Shown one piece after another: positions 39,899-47,714 of a DNA stretch of 64,000 nt. The notes beneath the pieces are model-generated. The model worked only from the letters and a program-made list of their open reading frames with translations, searched no databases and was not told where the DNA came from. The stretch's first letter is position 1. Every line of letters starts with the position of its first letter. A program made the position numbers and the translations under genes. Source of the stretch: Pseudobdellovibrionaceae bacterium (GTDB taxonomy: Bacteria > Bdellovibrionota > Bdellovibrionia > Bdellovibrionales > UBA1609); the NCBI GenBank assembly GCA_023898385.1, contig CP060220.1, forward strand, positions 2,655,683 to 2,719,682. The letters are read 5' to 3'.

Positions 39899-40317
39899 CG
39901 CCGCCACTGAAGTTCGTACTCGCTCTTCGCGTGGGCCTTGAGAGCGGAAACAGCGTGAGTTCCACGATTCAGAGATACACGAAGGCCCACCGAGATGACT
40001 TTTCTCAGGCGCTGGAGAGGATGTTGTTCGATAGGAACCGCGGTATTGAAAATCCGGATTGGATAAATTCAATGCCGAGTGTCTACCGGCGAGCGATTGT
40101 TCGATTGATCATCCGGGGACTGCACGGGCAGCCGATTCTCACTGAAGTTGCGGCCATTGAAGCGGAACTTGTTGCGGCCTGTGATATTGAAATTGAATCC
40201 ACTTTGCAACGACTTCCCGTGATCACTTTGATTCCATTGTTGCTGATTCAGTTTCCAGCATTTTTGATCTTACTCATCGGCCCACTTCTGGGCCAACTCA
40301 TTAAGGGGTTACAATAA
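39886..40317 (+). CDS. T2SS-F family (TadC-like) membrane protein, short and divergent
   Basis: LALRVGLESGNSVSSTIQRY..RLIIRGLHGQPILTEVAAIEAELVAACDIEIESTLQRLPVITLIPLLLIQFPAFLILLIGP matches T2SSF domain logic. Overlaps the upstream gene by 13 nt. Confidence 0.5.
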   Translation: MEDLAPPLKFVLALRVGLESGNSVSSTIQRYTKAHRDDFSQALERMLFDRNRGIENPDWINSMPSVYRRAIVRLIIRGLHGQPILTEVAAIEAELVAACDIEIESTLQRLPVITLIPLLLIQFPAFLILLIGPLLGQLIKGLQ

Positions 40318-40712
40318 TGGATACATATAAAATTTCAATTTTCTTCGGTGCTGTGTTGTTGTTGGTTGGCTCGTTCACGCGGGCTGAAATCCCTGAAAAA
40401 TCTGAAATTGATACCAATCAATTGGTTGCCATTCGTGCCCTACAGCAGGAGAAGCTCGCCAGCGAAGAGATTAAAATTTGGCAACGGGCCTGTAAAAATC
40501 AAAAAGACCTTGGGTTCCCCCCAACCTTTTGTTATGCGGCCCCAGAAGCCAATCATTACGAACTGGATCGACGGTGTATCGCTACAGCAAAAAAGCTGTC
40601 CTCTGAGAAACTGATCTATCGATTTTTGCAAGCACCCAAAGTCTCAGATTTGTGTCGGCGACATCTGGAGGCGCGGCGTAAGATTCTTGTGTACAAGAAA
40701 TTATTGCCTTAA
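40317..40712 (+). CDS. Secreted four-cysteine protein (hypothetical)
   Basis: Signal peptide. TAATG overlap with the upstream gene. No family recognised. Confidence 0.5.
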   Translation: MDTYKISIFFGAVLLLVGSFTRAEIPEKSEIDTNQLVAIRALQQEKLASEEIKIWQRACKNQKDLGFPPTFCYAAPEANHYELDRRCIATAKKLSSEKLIYRFLQAPKVSDLCRRHLEARRKILVYKKLLP

Positions 40713-40744
40713 TTTTTGGCAGTAATCTTGAAAGTAATAAGGTT

Positions 40745-41818
40745 ATGAGAACGTCAATGGTTCCAGAGAAAATGCCTTATCAACTTGAAAAATGGCTCGG
40801 ACAGGGCACGAGCGCTACTGTGTTTCTAGCTAGCCGAGTGGACGAGGTGTCCGGAGCGCGACAGCAGGTGGCCATCAAGTTTCTTAATTCCGAGAAGTTG
40901 GTCGAGGCATGGAGACAAGAGCTTCAAAGTTTGCAACAAGTGGATTCCCCCTATTGCCTCCGCTTGTTGGGATTTGAGCGCTTTTCCGGCAAGCCAGCAA
41001 TCATCTTGGAATATGTAGAGGGATTAAGTCTTCGGCAATTGGCAGAATGGGGGCCCCTATCTGAGGATCTAATGGTAGAAATCATCGCTCAAGCTCAACA
41101 GGGGCTTAAAGACTTAAATCAAAGAGGACTTAATCACGGAGATTTGAGCCCCGCTAATATGATGATAAATACATCGGGGCAGGTGAAACTTTTAGATTTT
41201 GGATTGGCAAACAGTTCACCCCAAGGACGACAATTTACTCCACCCTTCGCGGCCCCTGAAGTTTTATATGGCGAACCTCACAACTTGTATGCCGACTATT
41301 TCAGCCTGGGCCTGGTTATGTCGTTTCTGGGTTTTTCTCAAAAAAAACTTACAGGATTGTTACACCCCGAGCCTCATCGGCGCACGGGTTTAGCCAGCGA
41401 ATCTTGTCAGGAACTGCGTCAGGTCTTGGGAGAACTAGTAAAAAGTAGAATGCAGGAACTTGCAGACAGAGAAGCCAAAACCAAGGTCCAAGAACAGCAA
41501 AGATCTCATCCTTATTACGCCTTTGGAGTGCTTACATCTATTATATATATTTTTTTAGTTATGGTGCCGGGATCGCAGTCCTGGTCCATGGTCGTGCCTG
41601 GCGAAGGCCAGGCACGGCTTTCCGTATATACAAATGAATGGACCGAAGTCTATTTAGATGGCCAGCGTCTTGGTTACTCACCTATTAAAAACCTTGCCAT
41701 CAAACCGGGTGCCCATCGTCTGAATTGGAATCGGAAAAATAACTCTGGCGAGTCTACGCTGACCATTTTGCCCGAAGAGAGTCTAGTTCTGGGCGATCAA
41801 GATTTTGTTGGTTTCTAG
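40745..41818 (+). CDS. Ser/Thr protein kinase with TM helix and PEGA-like C-terminal domain
   Basis: Gly-loop LGQGTSATVF, VAIKF, catalytic loop HGDLSPANMMI (atypical vs HRDLKPxN), DFG, APE. Then a TM helix (YAFGVLTSIIYIFLVMV) and a PEGA-like segment (RLSVYTNEWTEVYLDGQRLGYSP). Confidence 0.8.
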   Translation: MRTSMVPEKMPYQLEKWLGQGTSATVFLASRVDEVSGARQQVAIKFLNSEKLVEAWRQELQSLQQVDSPYCLRLLGFERFSGKPAIILEYVEGLSLRQLAEWGPLSEDLMVEIIAQAQQGLKDLNQRGLNHGDLSPANMMINTSGQVKLLDFGLANSSPQGRQFTPPFAAPEVLYGEPHNLYADYFSLGLVMSFLGFSQKKLTGLLHPEPHRRTGLASESCQELRQVLGELVKSRMQELADREAKTKVQEQQRSHPYYAFGVLTSIIYIFLVMVPGSQSWSMVVPGEGQARLSVYTNEWTEVYLDGQRLGYSPIKNLAIKPGAHRLNWNRKNNSGESTLTILPEESLVLGDQDFVGF

Positions 41819-41883
41819 AATTATGTATTTAATCGAGGCGAAGTTTCACCTCTTTGACTAAGTCCTGGGGTCCACCTATTGTG

Positions 41884-42045
41884 AAGGCACGCTTCGAAGA
41901 AGCCAACCGCCGCGGGAGCCCACCTGCAAAAAGGCTCAGACATTCGTTCGGCAGCAGTGCTCGCTTTTAGCGAGCACTGCACCGATCCGAACTCGCTTTT
42001 TGCAGATGGGCTCCCGCGGCGGTTGGCTTCTTCGAAGCGTGCCTT
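41884..42045. repeat. Foldback element B1: 50-nt arms (49/50 complementary) plus nested-hairpin core
   Basis: 41884-41933 pairs with 41996-42045 with one mismatch. Segment 41928-42009 is 82/82 identical to 42920-43001. The inner hairpin is gcagtgctcgc-tttta-gcgagcactgc. Confidence 0.9.
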
Positions 42046-42057
42046 TAGATTTTACTT

Positions 42058-42888
42058 TTGGAGTTGTTCTTGGATATTTTTCAGTCGATTTTTTTAGGGA
42101 TCGTTCAGGGTCTTACTGAGTTTTTGCCCATTTCTAGTTCTGGGCACTTGGTAATTTTTCAAGAATTGCTAGGCGTGGAGCAGCACAGTATTGCTTTTGA
42201 TGTAGCGGCTCATTTGGGGACCGTCTTGACGGTCATCACGCTCTATTTTGCAACTGTGCGCCAGATGCTTTGGGAGGTGATCACTTATCCTTCTCATCGA
42301 CGGTTCACTCCTGGCATCAAGCTGATGTTATTGATCGTCGTGGGGAGTGTTCCAACAGCCATCATTGGTCTGAGTCTTAAGGATATGTTTGAGTCGTTGT
42401 TTTCTAATTTGTTGGCTGTGGGTATTTTTTTGACAATCACGGGTTTGATTTTGTTTTTAACTCGAAACAAGGCTCGCATTTCACGGCATATTGATGTGCA
42501 TAGCCTCGAAGACGTAAAGGCCATGCACTACTGGCAGGCAGCACTTATTGGTGTGGCGCAAGGTATGGCTATCGCGCCTGGAATTAGTCGTTCGGGATCG
42601 ACCATAGCAGCGGGCTTGGCACTGGGAATCGATCGAAAAACCACGGCGCTTTTTAGTTTTATGTTGTCATTGCCGGCAATTATGGGCGCTGGATTATTGC
42701 AGTTGCGTCATATTACCAGTTGGGATCACCAAGTGTTGTTGAGCTTAGGTGTGGGCTTTTTGACGGCCTATTTATCGGGTTTGATGGGCTTATGGGGAAT
42801 TTTGTATTTTGTAAAAAAAGGCCGACTTGAATATTTTAGTTATTATCTTTGGGTTGTTGGGCCGGCAGTTATATTCTGGAGCCTATGA
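42058..42888 (+). CDS. uppP: Undecaprenyl-diphosphate phosphatase
   Basis: IVQGLTEFLPISSSGHLVI.., ..GISRSGSTI.. are canonical UppP/BacA motifs. TTG start with no in-frame ATG nearby and no obvious SD. Confidence 0.9.
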   Translation: MELFLDIFQSIFLGIVQGLTEFLPISSSGHLVIFQELLGVEQHSIAFDVAAHLGTVLTVITLYFATVRQMLWEVITYPSHRRFTPGIKLMLLIVVGSVPTAIIGLSLKDMFESLFSNLLAVGIFLTITGLILFLTRNKARISRHIDVHSLEDVKAMHYWQAALIGVAQGMAIAPGISRSGSTIAAGLALGIDRKTTALFSFMLSLPAIMGAGLLQLRHITSWDHQVLLSLGVGFLTAYLSGLMGLWGILYFVKKGRLEYFSYYLWVVGPAVIFWSL

Positions 42889-42889
42889 G

Positions 42890-43023
42890 CCACCAGCCGC
42901 CGCGCCGGAACCCATCTGAAAAAAGGCTCAGACATTCGTTCGGCAGCAGTGCTCGCTTTTAGCGAGCACTGCACCGATCCGAACTCGCTTTTTGCAGATG
43001 GATTCTGGCGCGGCGGCTGGCGG
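42890..43023. repeat. Foldback element B2: 36-nt arms (32/36 complementary) plus the same core as B1, same orientation
   Basis: 42890-42925 pairs with 42988-43023. The core is identical to B1. Starts 1 nt after the uppP stop codon. Confidence 0.9.
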
Positions 43024-43076
43024 ATCATGGGCATCCAAAGGGAATCCGATACCTTTTGGATGGGGAGGGGAAAGAT

Positions 43077-43286
43077 ATGGAAACTACAAAATCATGGAAC
43101 TTGCAAAAAGAACAATTGGAAGTTCTCGAACAACTTGTTGAAGAGCTCATGAAAGACGAGCCCTGTGAGGATACGGTCAAGTCGTATATGGGTCAGACAG
43201 GGATTCCCTATACATCTGATCCCATTGAGCGTATTAACGTTGTGTTGAGAGCCTTGAATTTTTCAGAACCAGAGAGAGAAGTTTAG
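43077..43286 (+). CDS. Small acidic hypothetical protein (69 aa)
   Basis: ATG 43077 preceded by GGAGGGG. METTKSWNLQKEQLEVLEQLVEELMKDEP.. Stop lies 2 nt before the next gene. Confidence 0.45.
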   Translation: METTKSWNLQKEQLEVLEQLVEELMKDEPCEDTVKSYMGQTGIPYTSDPIERINVVLRALNFSEPEREV

Positions 43287-43288
43287 TT

Positions 43289-44446
43289 ATGACTGATAGG
43301 GACAATCAAAGTTTAGGATTTGAGACCCGGGCCATTCATGCCGGTCAAAAACCAGATCCCACAACCGGCGCCATTATGACTCCCATTTATTTATCAAGCA
43401 CATTTGTGCAGGAGTCACCCGGCCATCATACAGGATTTGAATACAGCCGCACCGGAAATCCCACTCGCACCGCTTATGAAGCATGTATTGCAAGCCTTGA
43501 AGGTGGACGATTTGGGTTTGCATTCGCTTCAGGTTGTGCCGCTTCAACAACAGTGATGCATATTCTTAAGGCCGGCGACCACGTGGTGGCCTGTGACGAC
43601 ATATATGGGGGAAGCTTTCGGCTTTTTGATAAAATCATTCGAAACAACGGCATCGATTTTAGTTTTGTGGACCTCACCGATGTAAACCAATTTGCCGCAG
43701 CCATTAAGCCTGAGACTCGTCTGGTTTGGATCGAGTCGCCGACAAATCCCATGTTAAAACTCATGGACATCAAAAAATTGTCGGAGATGGCGCACAAACA
43801 CAATATTTTGGTGGCTGTTGATAATACATTTATGAGCCCCTATTTTCAAAAACCATTGAGCCTTGGGGCCGATATAGTGGTTCACTCGGCGACAAAGTTT
43901 ATTAATGGACACAGCGATATAGTAGGCGGCGTGATTGTGACCGATCGTGATGATCTGGCCGAGAAAATCGCCTTTTTGAGTAATTCTATGGGACCGGTAG
44001 CGGCGACATTTGATTCTTATATGTGTTTGCGAAGTTTGAAAACTTTGGCTGTGCGGATGCGAGCGCATCAAGAAAATGCCATAGCCATAGCCCAATTTTT
44101 AGAGGGCCATCCCAAAATAGAAAAAGTCATTTACCCAGGACTGGCCAGTCATCCCCAACATGGTTTAGCTAAAGAGCAGATGTCAGGTTATGGGGGCATG
44201 ATCAGTGCCTATTTAAAGGGAGGATTGTCAGAGGCACGAGCCTTTTTGGAAAAGGTAAAAATCTTCAGCTTGGCGGAGAGTTTAGGCGGAGTGGAGTCCC
44301 TTGTGGAGCACCCTGCGATTATGACCCACGCCAGTGTGCCCGCAGAAACTCGACGGGCCCTGGGCATTGCCGACAACTTTGTGCGATTGAGTGTGGGTAT
44401 TGAGACCCAGGATGACCTGATAAAGGATCTTGAACAGGCACTATGA
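43289..44446 (+). CDS. Cystathionine gamma-synthase/gamma-lyase family PLP enzyme
   Basis: Cys/Met-metabolism PLP family: ..YSRTGNPT.., ..VVHSATKFINGHSD.. (PLP lysine), 385 aa. Confidence 0.9.
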   Translation: MTDRDNQSLGFETRAIHAGQKPDPTTGAIMTPIYLSSTFVQESPGHHTGFEYSRTGNPTRTAYEACIASLEGGRFGFAFASGCAASTTVMHILKAGDHVVACDDIYGGSFRLFDKIIRNNGIDFSFVDLTDVNQFAAAIKPETRLVWIESPTNPMLKLMDIKKLSEMAHKHNILVAVDNTFMSPYFQKPLSLGADIVVHSATKFINGHSDIVGGVIVTDRDDLAEKIAFLSNSMGPVAATFDSYMCLRSLKTLAVRMRAHQENAIAIAQFLEGHPKIEKVIYPGLASHPQHGLAKEQMSGYGGMISAYLKGGLSEARAFLEKVKIFSLAESLGGVESLVEHPAIMTHASVPAETRRALGIADNFVRLSVGIETQDDLIKDLEQAL

Positions 44447-44520
44447 CGCAGCTACTAAATGGCTATAAATTGACTTTTTAGCCAACGAGCGGGTAGAGAT
44501 AGGCCTTTGCGAAAATTTAT

Positions 44521-44596
<76 letters not shown>

Positions 44597-44601
44597 AAAA
44601 T

Positions 44602-44630
44602 AAAAAAGCCCGAGTGGGCTTTTTTTATTT
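44602..44630 (+). terminator. Rho-independent terminator after tRNA-Phe
   Basis: aaaaaAGCCCgagtGGGCTttttttattttt. Confidence 0.75.
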
Positions 44631-44749
44631 TTGATGGTTTGGCCGAAGCCAAACCATGATGGTCTCCGACCTTCTCCTCGCTTTGCTCGTCGTGCGGTCT
44701 CGACCACAAGCTGCATCAAAATGCTTTGCATTTTGCCGCAGTCTTGAAA

Positions 44750-44772
44750 GGTTCAATTCCGTCCCGAGCCAC
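44750..44772 (+). repeat. Direct repeat of the tRNA-Phe 3' end (att-like scar)
   Basis: ggttcaattccgtcccgagccac is identical (23/23) to 44572-44594 inside the tRNA. It is followed at 44814-44846 by a second, similar terminator hairpin (aaaaAGCCCtttGGGCTttttttg). Confidence 0.85.
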
Positions 44773-44942
44773 TCGTGATCTTTATACAGTACATTTTTTT
44801 GTTTGGGTCACTCAAAAAGCCCTTTGGGCTTTTTTTGTTTTTTTGGATTGAGTTTATTCCCTTTCATTTAACTTATGCCACTAGTGCGATGACGACCCCG
44901 GGGTTGAATTCTTGCGCAAAGTGTCGTAGTTGTTTCAGCCTT

Positions 44943-45953
44943 ATGGATTTATTGGCTGAAGTTCGACGTAATCCTTTCTTGTTGGCTCCTATGGCTGGAA
45001 TTACCGACTGTGCCTTTCGCAGTTTTATGCGGGAGATGGGCTGTGGTGCGGTGGTGACGGAGTTGGTGTCGGCAACGGGGTTGCAGTTTAACTCTGAGAA
45101 AACTCGAAAGCTGATGGCGTTTGCTGAAGACCAGCACCCCGTGGGGGTTCAGATTTTTGGTGATGATCCTTCTCACTTGGCAGAAGCCGCCATTCAGGTG
45201 GAGGCCGCCGGTGCTGATTTTGTGGATCTTAATTTTGGTTGCCCGGTTCCGAAAGTGGTGAAGAAGGGGGCTGGGGCTGCCACGTTAAAAGATCTCGTTC
45301 ATATGCGAGAAATTCTTCGCGCTATTAAAAAGTCAGTATCCATTCCTGTCACCATTAAGATTCGCACTGGTTGGGATGAAAAAAGCAAAAATGCAATCGA
45401 TGTGGCTCAGCTGGCTTTTGATGAAGGTATAACCTGGGTGGCAATTCATGGGCGGACGCGAGCAGCCGGTTACTCTGGGTTAGCTGATTGGGATTATATT
45501 TCAGAGGTAAAGGCAAAAAGCCCCCTTCCCATTATAGGAAACGGCGATATTCGGTCTGCCGAGCAGGCCTTAGAAAGATTAAATCAATCGGGGTGTGATG
45601 GCGTGATGATCGGGCGGGGTTGTCTAAAAAATCCGTGGGTCTTTAGAGAGGCTATGGACCTTTATCAAGAACGACCCAGTCAGTACGAGCGAGACTTTAC
45701 TTGGCTTTTCGGCACTCTTCACCAGCAATTGTTGAAATACGCTGATGACCGCATTGTGCCACTGCAAATTAAAAAGTTAGCGGCTTGGTATTCTGCTGGC
45801 TATCCTGCATCTGCGCAGTTCCGAAAAGAGATTTTTCAGCAGAAGGATCAAAGTTCAGTTTTTTCTATGGTGACTGACTATTTTTCCACAATTGCACATC
45901 TTCCCGCACCCGACACAAGTGGTGAAGCGTTTTTAATGGGTGGACACGGCTGA
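44943..45953 (+). CDS. tRNA-dihydrouridine synthase (DusB-like)
   Basis: LAPMAGITDCAFRSF.., DLNFGCPVPKVVKKGAGAA.., IHGRTR. The track start at 44775 reads through the tRNA-fragment repeat and a terminator. ATG 44943 preferred, ATG 44889 possible. Confidence 0.85.
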   Translation: MDLLAEVRRNPFLLAPMAGITDCAFRSFMREMGCGAVVTELVSATGLQFNSEKTRKLMAFAEDQHPVGVQIFGDDPSHLAEAAIQVEAAGADFVDLNFGCPVPKVVKKGAGAATLKDLVHMREILRAIKKSVSIPVTIKIRTGWDEKSKNAIDVAQLAFDEGITWVAIHGRTRAAGYSGLADWDYISEVKAKSPLPIIGNGDIRSAEQALERLNQSGCDGVMIGRGCLKNPWVFREAMDLYQERPSQYERDFTWLFGTLHQQLLKYADDRIVPLQIKKLAAWYSAGYPASAQFRKEIFQQKDQSSVFSMVTDYFSTIAHLPAPDTSGEAFLMGGHG

Positions 45954-45976
45954 TTCTACAGGCGTAACCTATCATC

Positions 45977-46891
45977 ATGAAAAATGTGATTGAGGCAAAG
46001 AATCTCACCAAATCTTTTGGACCCCATCGAGCCGTAAATGGTCTCAATTTAGAAATCCGAGAAGGTGAATGCTTTGGGTTGCTGGGGCCAAATGGTGCAG
46101 GAAAATCCTCAGCTATGCGGATGTTCTATTGCGTGTCGCCGATTACATCGGGAGAGCTTTACGTTCTGGGTTTGGACGTAAAAAGAACTCCAAAAAAAAT
46201 CAAATCGTCTATCGGAGTAGTGCCACAAGAAGATGGGCTCGATCCCGATTTTAGCGTTTTAGATAATCTCCTCGTATTTTCTAGATATTTGGGGCTCGAT
46301 CCGAAAAAAGCAAGAGTCAGAGCCAACGAACTACTGAGGCTCATGCACCTAGAAGACTATGCAGATCATCCTGTGGATCACCTCAGTGGAGGAATGCGCC
46401 GCAGGCTAACCATCGCAAGGGCGCTTCTGAATGAACCAAAGATGTTGTTTTTGGATGAGCCCACAACAGGGCTCGATCCTCAGGCACGCTACTGGATCTG
46501 GGAGTTTTTAAAGGATCTTCGTTCAAAGGGCACAAGCGTCCTCTTGACGACCCACTATATGGAAGAGGCAGAAACTCTTTGCGACCGCCTGGTGATTATG
46601 GACAAAGGCCGAGTGTTAGCGCAGGGGACGCCCCGGGATCTCATATTGGAACTTGTTGGCCACGAAGTGATTGAGTTTGAAATTCCCATAGTAGATCAAA
46701 ATTACTATTTAAGTCAGCTCAAGGATAAATTCGCCTATCAGATATTAAATCAACGAGTGCGACTCTTTGTAAAAGGGGCAAAAGACAAACAAATGGCCCT
46801 TACAATTATCAATAGTGATAAGATTATTATTCGAAAATCTACTTTAGATGATGTGTTTTTAAAGCTAGCTGGACATGAACTCCGCAACTAG
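45977..46891 (+). CDS. ABC-2-type exporter ATP-binding protein
   Basis: GLLGPNGAGKSS, LSGGMRRRLTIARAL, LFLDEPTTGLD, and a DrrA/NodI-like C-terminal extension. Confidence 0.85.
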   Translation: MKNVIEAKNLTKSFGPHRAVNGLNLEIREGECFGLLGPNGAGKSSAMRMFYCVSPITSGELYVLGLDVKRTPKKIKSSIGVVPQEDGLDPDFSVLDNLLVFSRYLGLDPKKARVRANELLRLMHLEDYADHPVDHLSGGMRRRLTIARALLNEPKMLFLDEPTTGLDPQARYWIWEFLKDLRSKGTSVLLTTHYMEEAETLCDRLVIMDKGRVLAQGTPRDLILELVGHEVIEFEIPIVDQNYYLSQLKDKFAYQILNQRVRLFVKGAKDKQMALTIINSDKIIIRKSTLDDVFLKLAGHELRN

Positions 46892-46900
46892 GAAAACGAA

Positions 46901-47710
46901 ATGGTCTTAAAGAAAACTTTTCCTATCGTGTTTGATTTATTCACCTTTCCCGACTGGGGACGGGGAGTATTAAGCGTTTGGTGGAGAAATTTTCTCTATT
47001 TTCGGTATACTCTTTTAGTTTCTTTCTTTTGGATCATTATAGAACCTGTTCTTTATTTGGGCGCAATCGGCTACGGCATTGGCGTAATGGTGGAACGAGT
47101 AGACGGAATGCCTTATCTGCAGTTTTATGCACCAGCATTGATGGCTATTACGGGAATGTTTGTGGCTTATTTTGAAGGGACCTATGGAAGCTTTACTAAG
47201 CTAACGAGACAAAATACCTATGGTACGATTCTGCTTACGCCCATATCAGCACAAGAAATCGCATTGGGTGAAATACTGTGGGCCGCAAGTAAAGGATTTT
47301 TCAGCGTGATAGGAGTGACGCTTGTGATGGCTGCCATTGGACTTATAAAAACCTGGATGGTGATTCCGGCTCTGGCGATCAATGCCCTCGTCTGCTGGCT
47401 GTTTGGTGCATTTGGGGTACTAATGGCAGCGTACGCGAAAACCTATGATAGCTTTATTTATTCTCAGTCGGCAGCGATTGTACCCATGGCCTTATTCAGT
47501 GGCACCTACTTTCCACTCACTCAATTGCCCGTGGTGGCACAAAAAGCGGCCCTACTGTTGCCTCTCACACATGGGGTGGCGGCAAGTCGAGCCTTGATGT
47601 CAGGGGTGCCCACTCCATCGGTGGCGTTGAACGCGGCTGTGCTGATTACACTTACAGTTCTTGTTACAAATTGGGCTGTGGCACAAATGCAGCGGCGAAT
47701 TGTATCGTAA
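46901..47710 (+). CDS. ABC-2 family transporter permease
   Basis: Six predicted TM segments. Paired with the upstream ATPase; NodJ/DrrB-like organisation. Confidence 0.75.
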   Translation: MVLKKTFPIVFDLFTFPDWGRGVLSVWWRNFLYFRYTLLVSFFWIIIEPVLYLGAIGYGIGVMVERVDGMPYLQFYAPALMAITGMFVAYFEGTYGSFTKLTRQNTYGTILLTPISAQEIALGEILWAASKGFFSVIGVTLVMAAIGLIKTWMVIPALAINALVCWLFGAFGVLMAAYAKTYDSFIYSQSAAIVPMALFSGTYFPLTQLPVVAQKAALLLPLTHGVAASRALMSGVPTPSVALNAAVLITLTVLVTNWAVAQMQRRIVS

Positions 47711-47714
47711 CAAA

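Noticed and set aside
41884-43023. Interpreting the B elements as integron attC sites and uppP as an integron cassette
   Set aside because: There is no intI-like integrase or attI anywhere in the window. The element ends lack the RYYYAAC / GTTRRRY R''/R' consensus. In attC sites the ends are conserved and the centre is variable, which is the opposite of what is seen here. The cassette-like geometry is kept as a finding, but not the integron label.
44775-44942. N-terminal 56-aa extension of the Dus ORF in the track
   Set aside because: The extension begins right after the duplicated tRNA fragment and runs across a terminator hairpin and T-tracts (encoding FLFF-type residues). Dus homology starts near ATG 44943.
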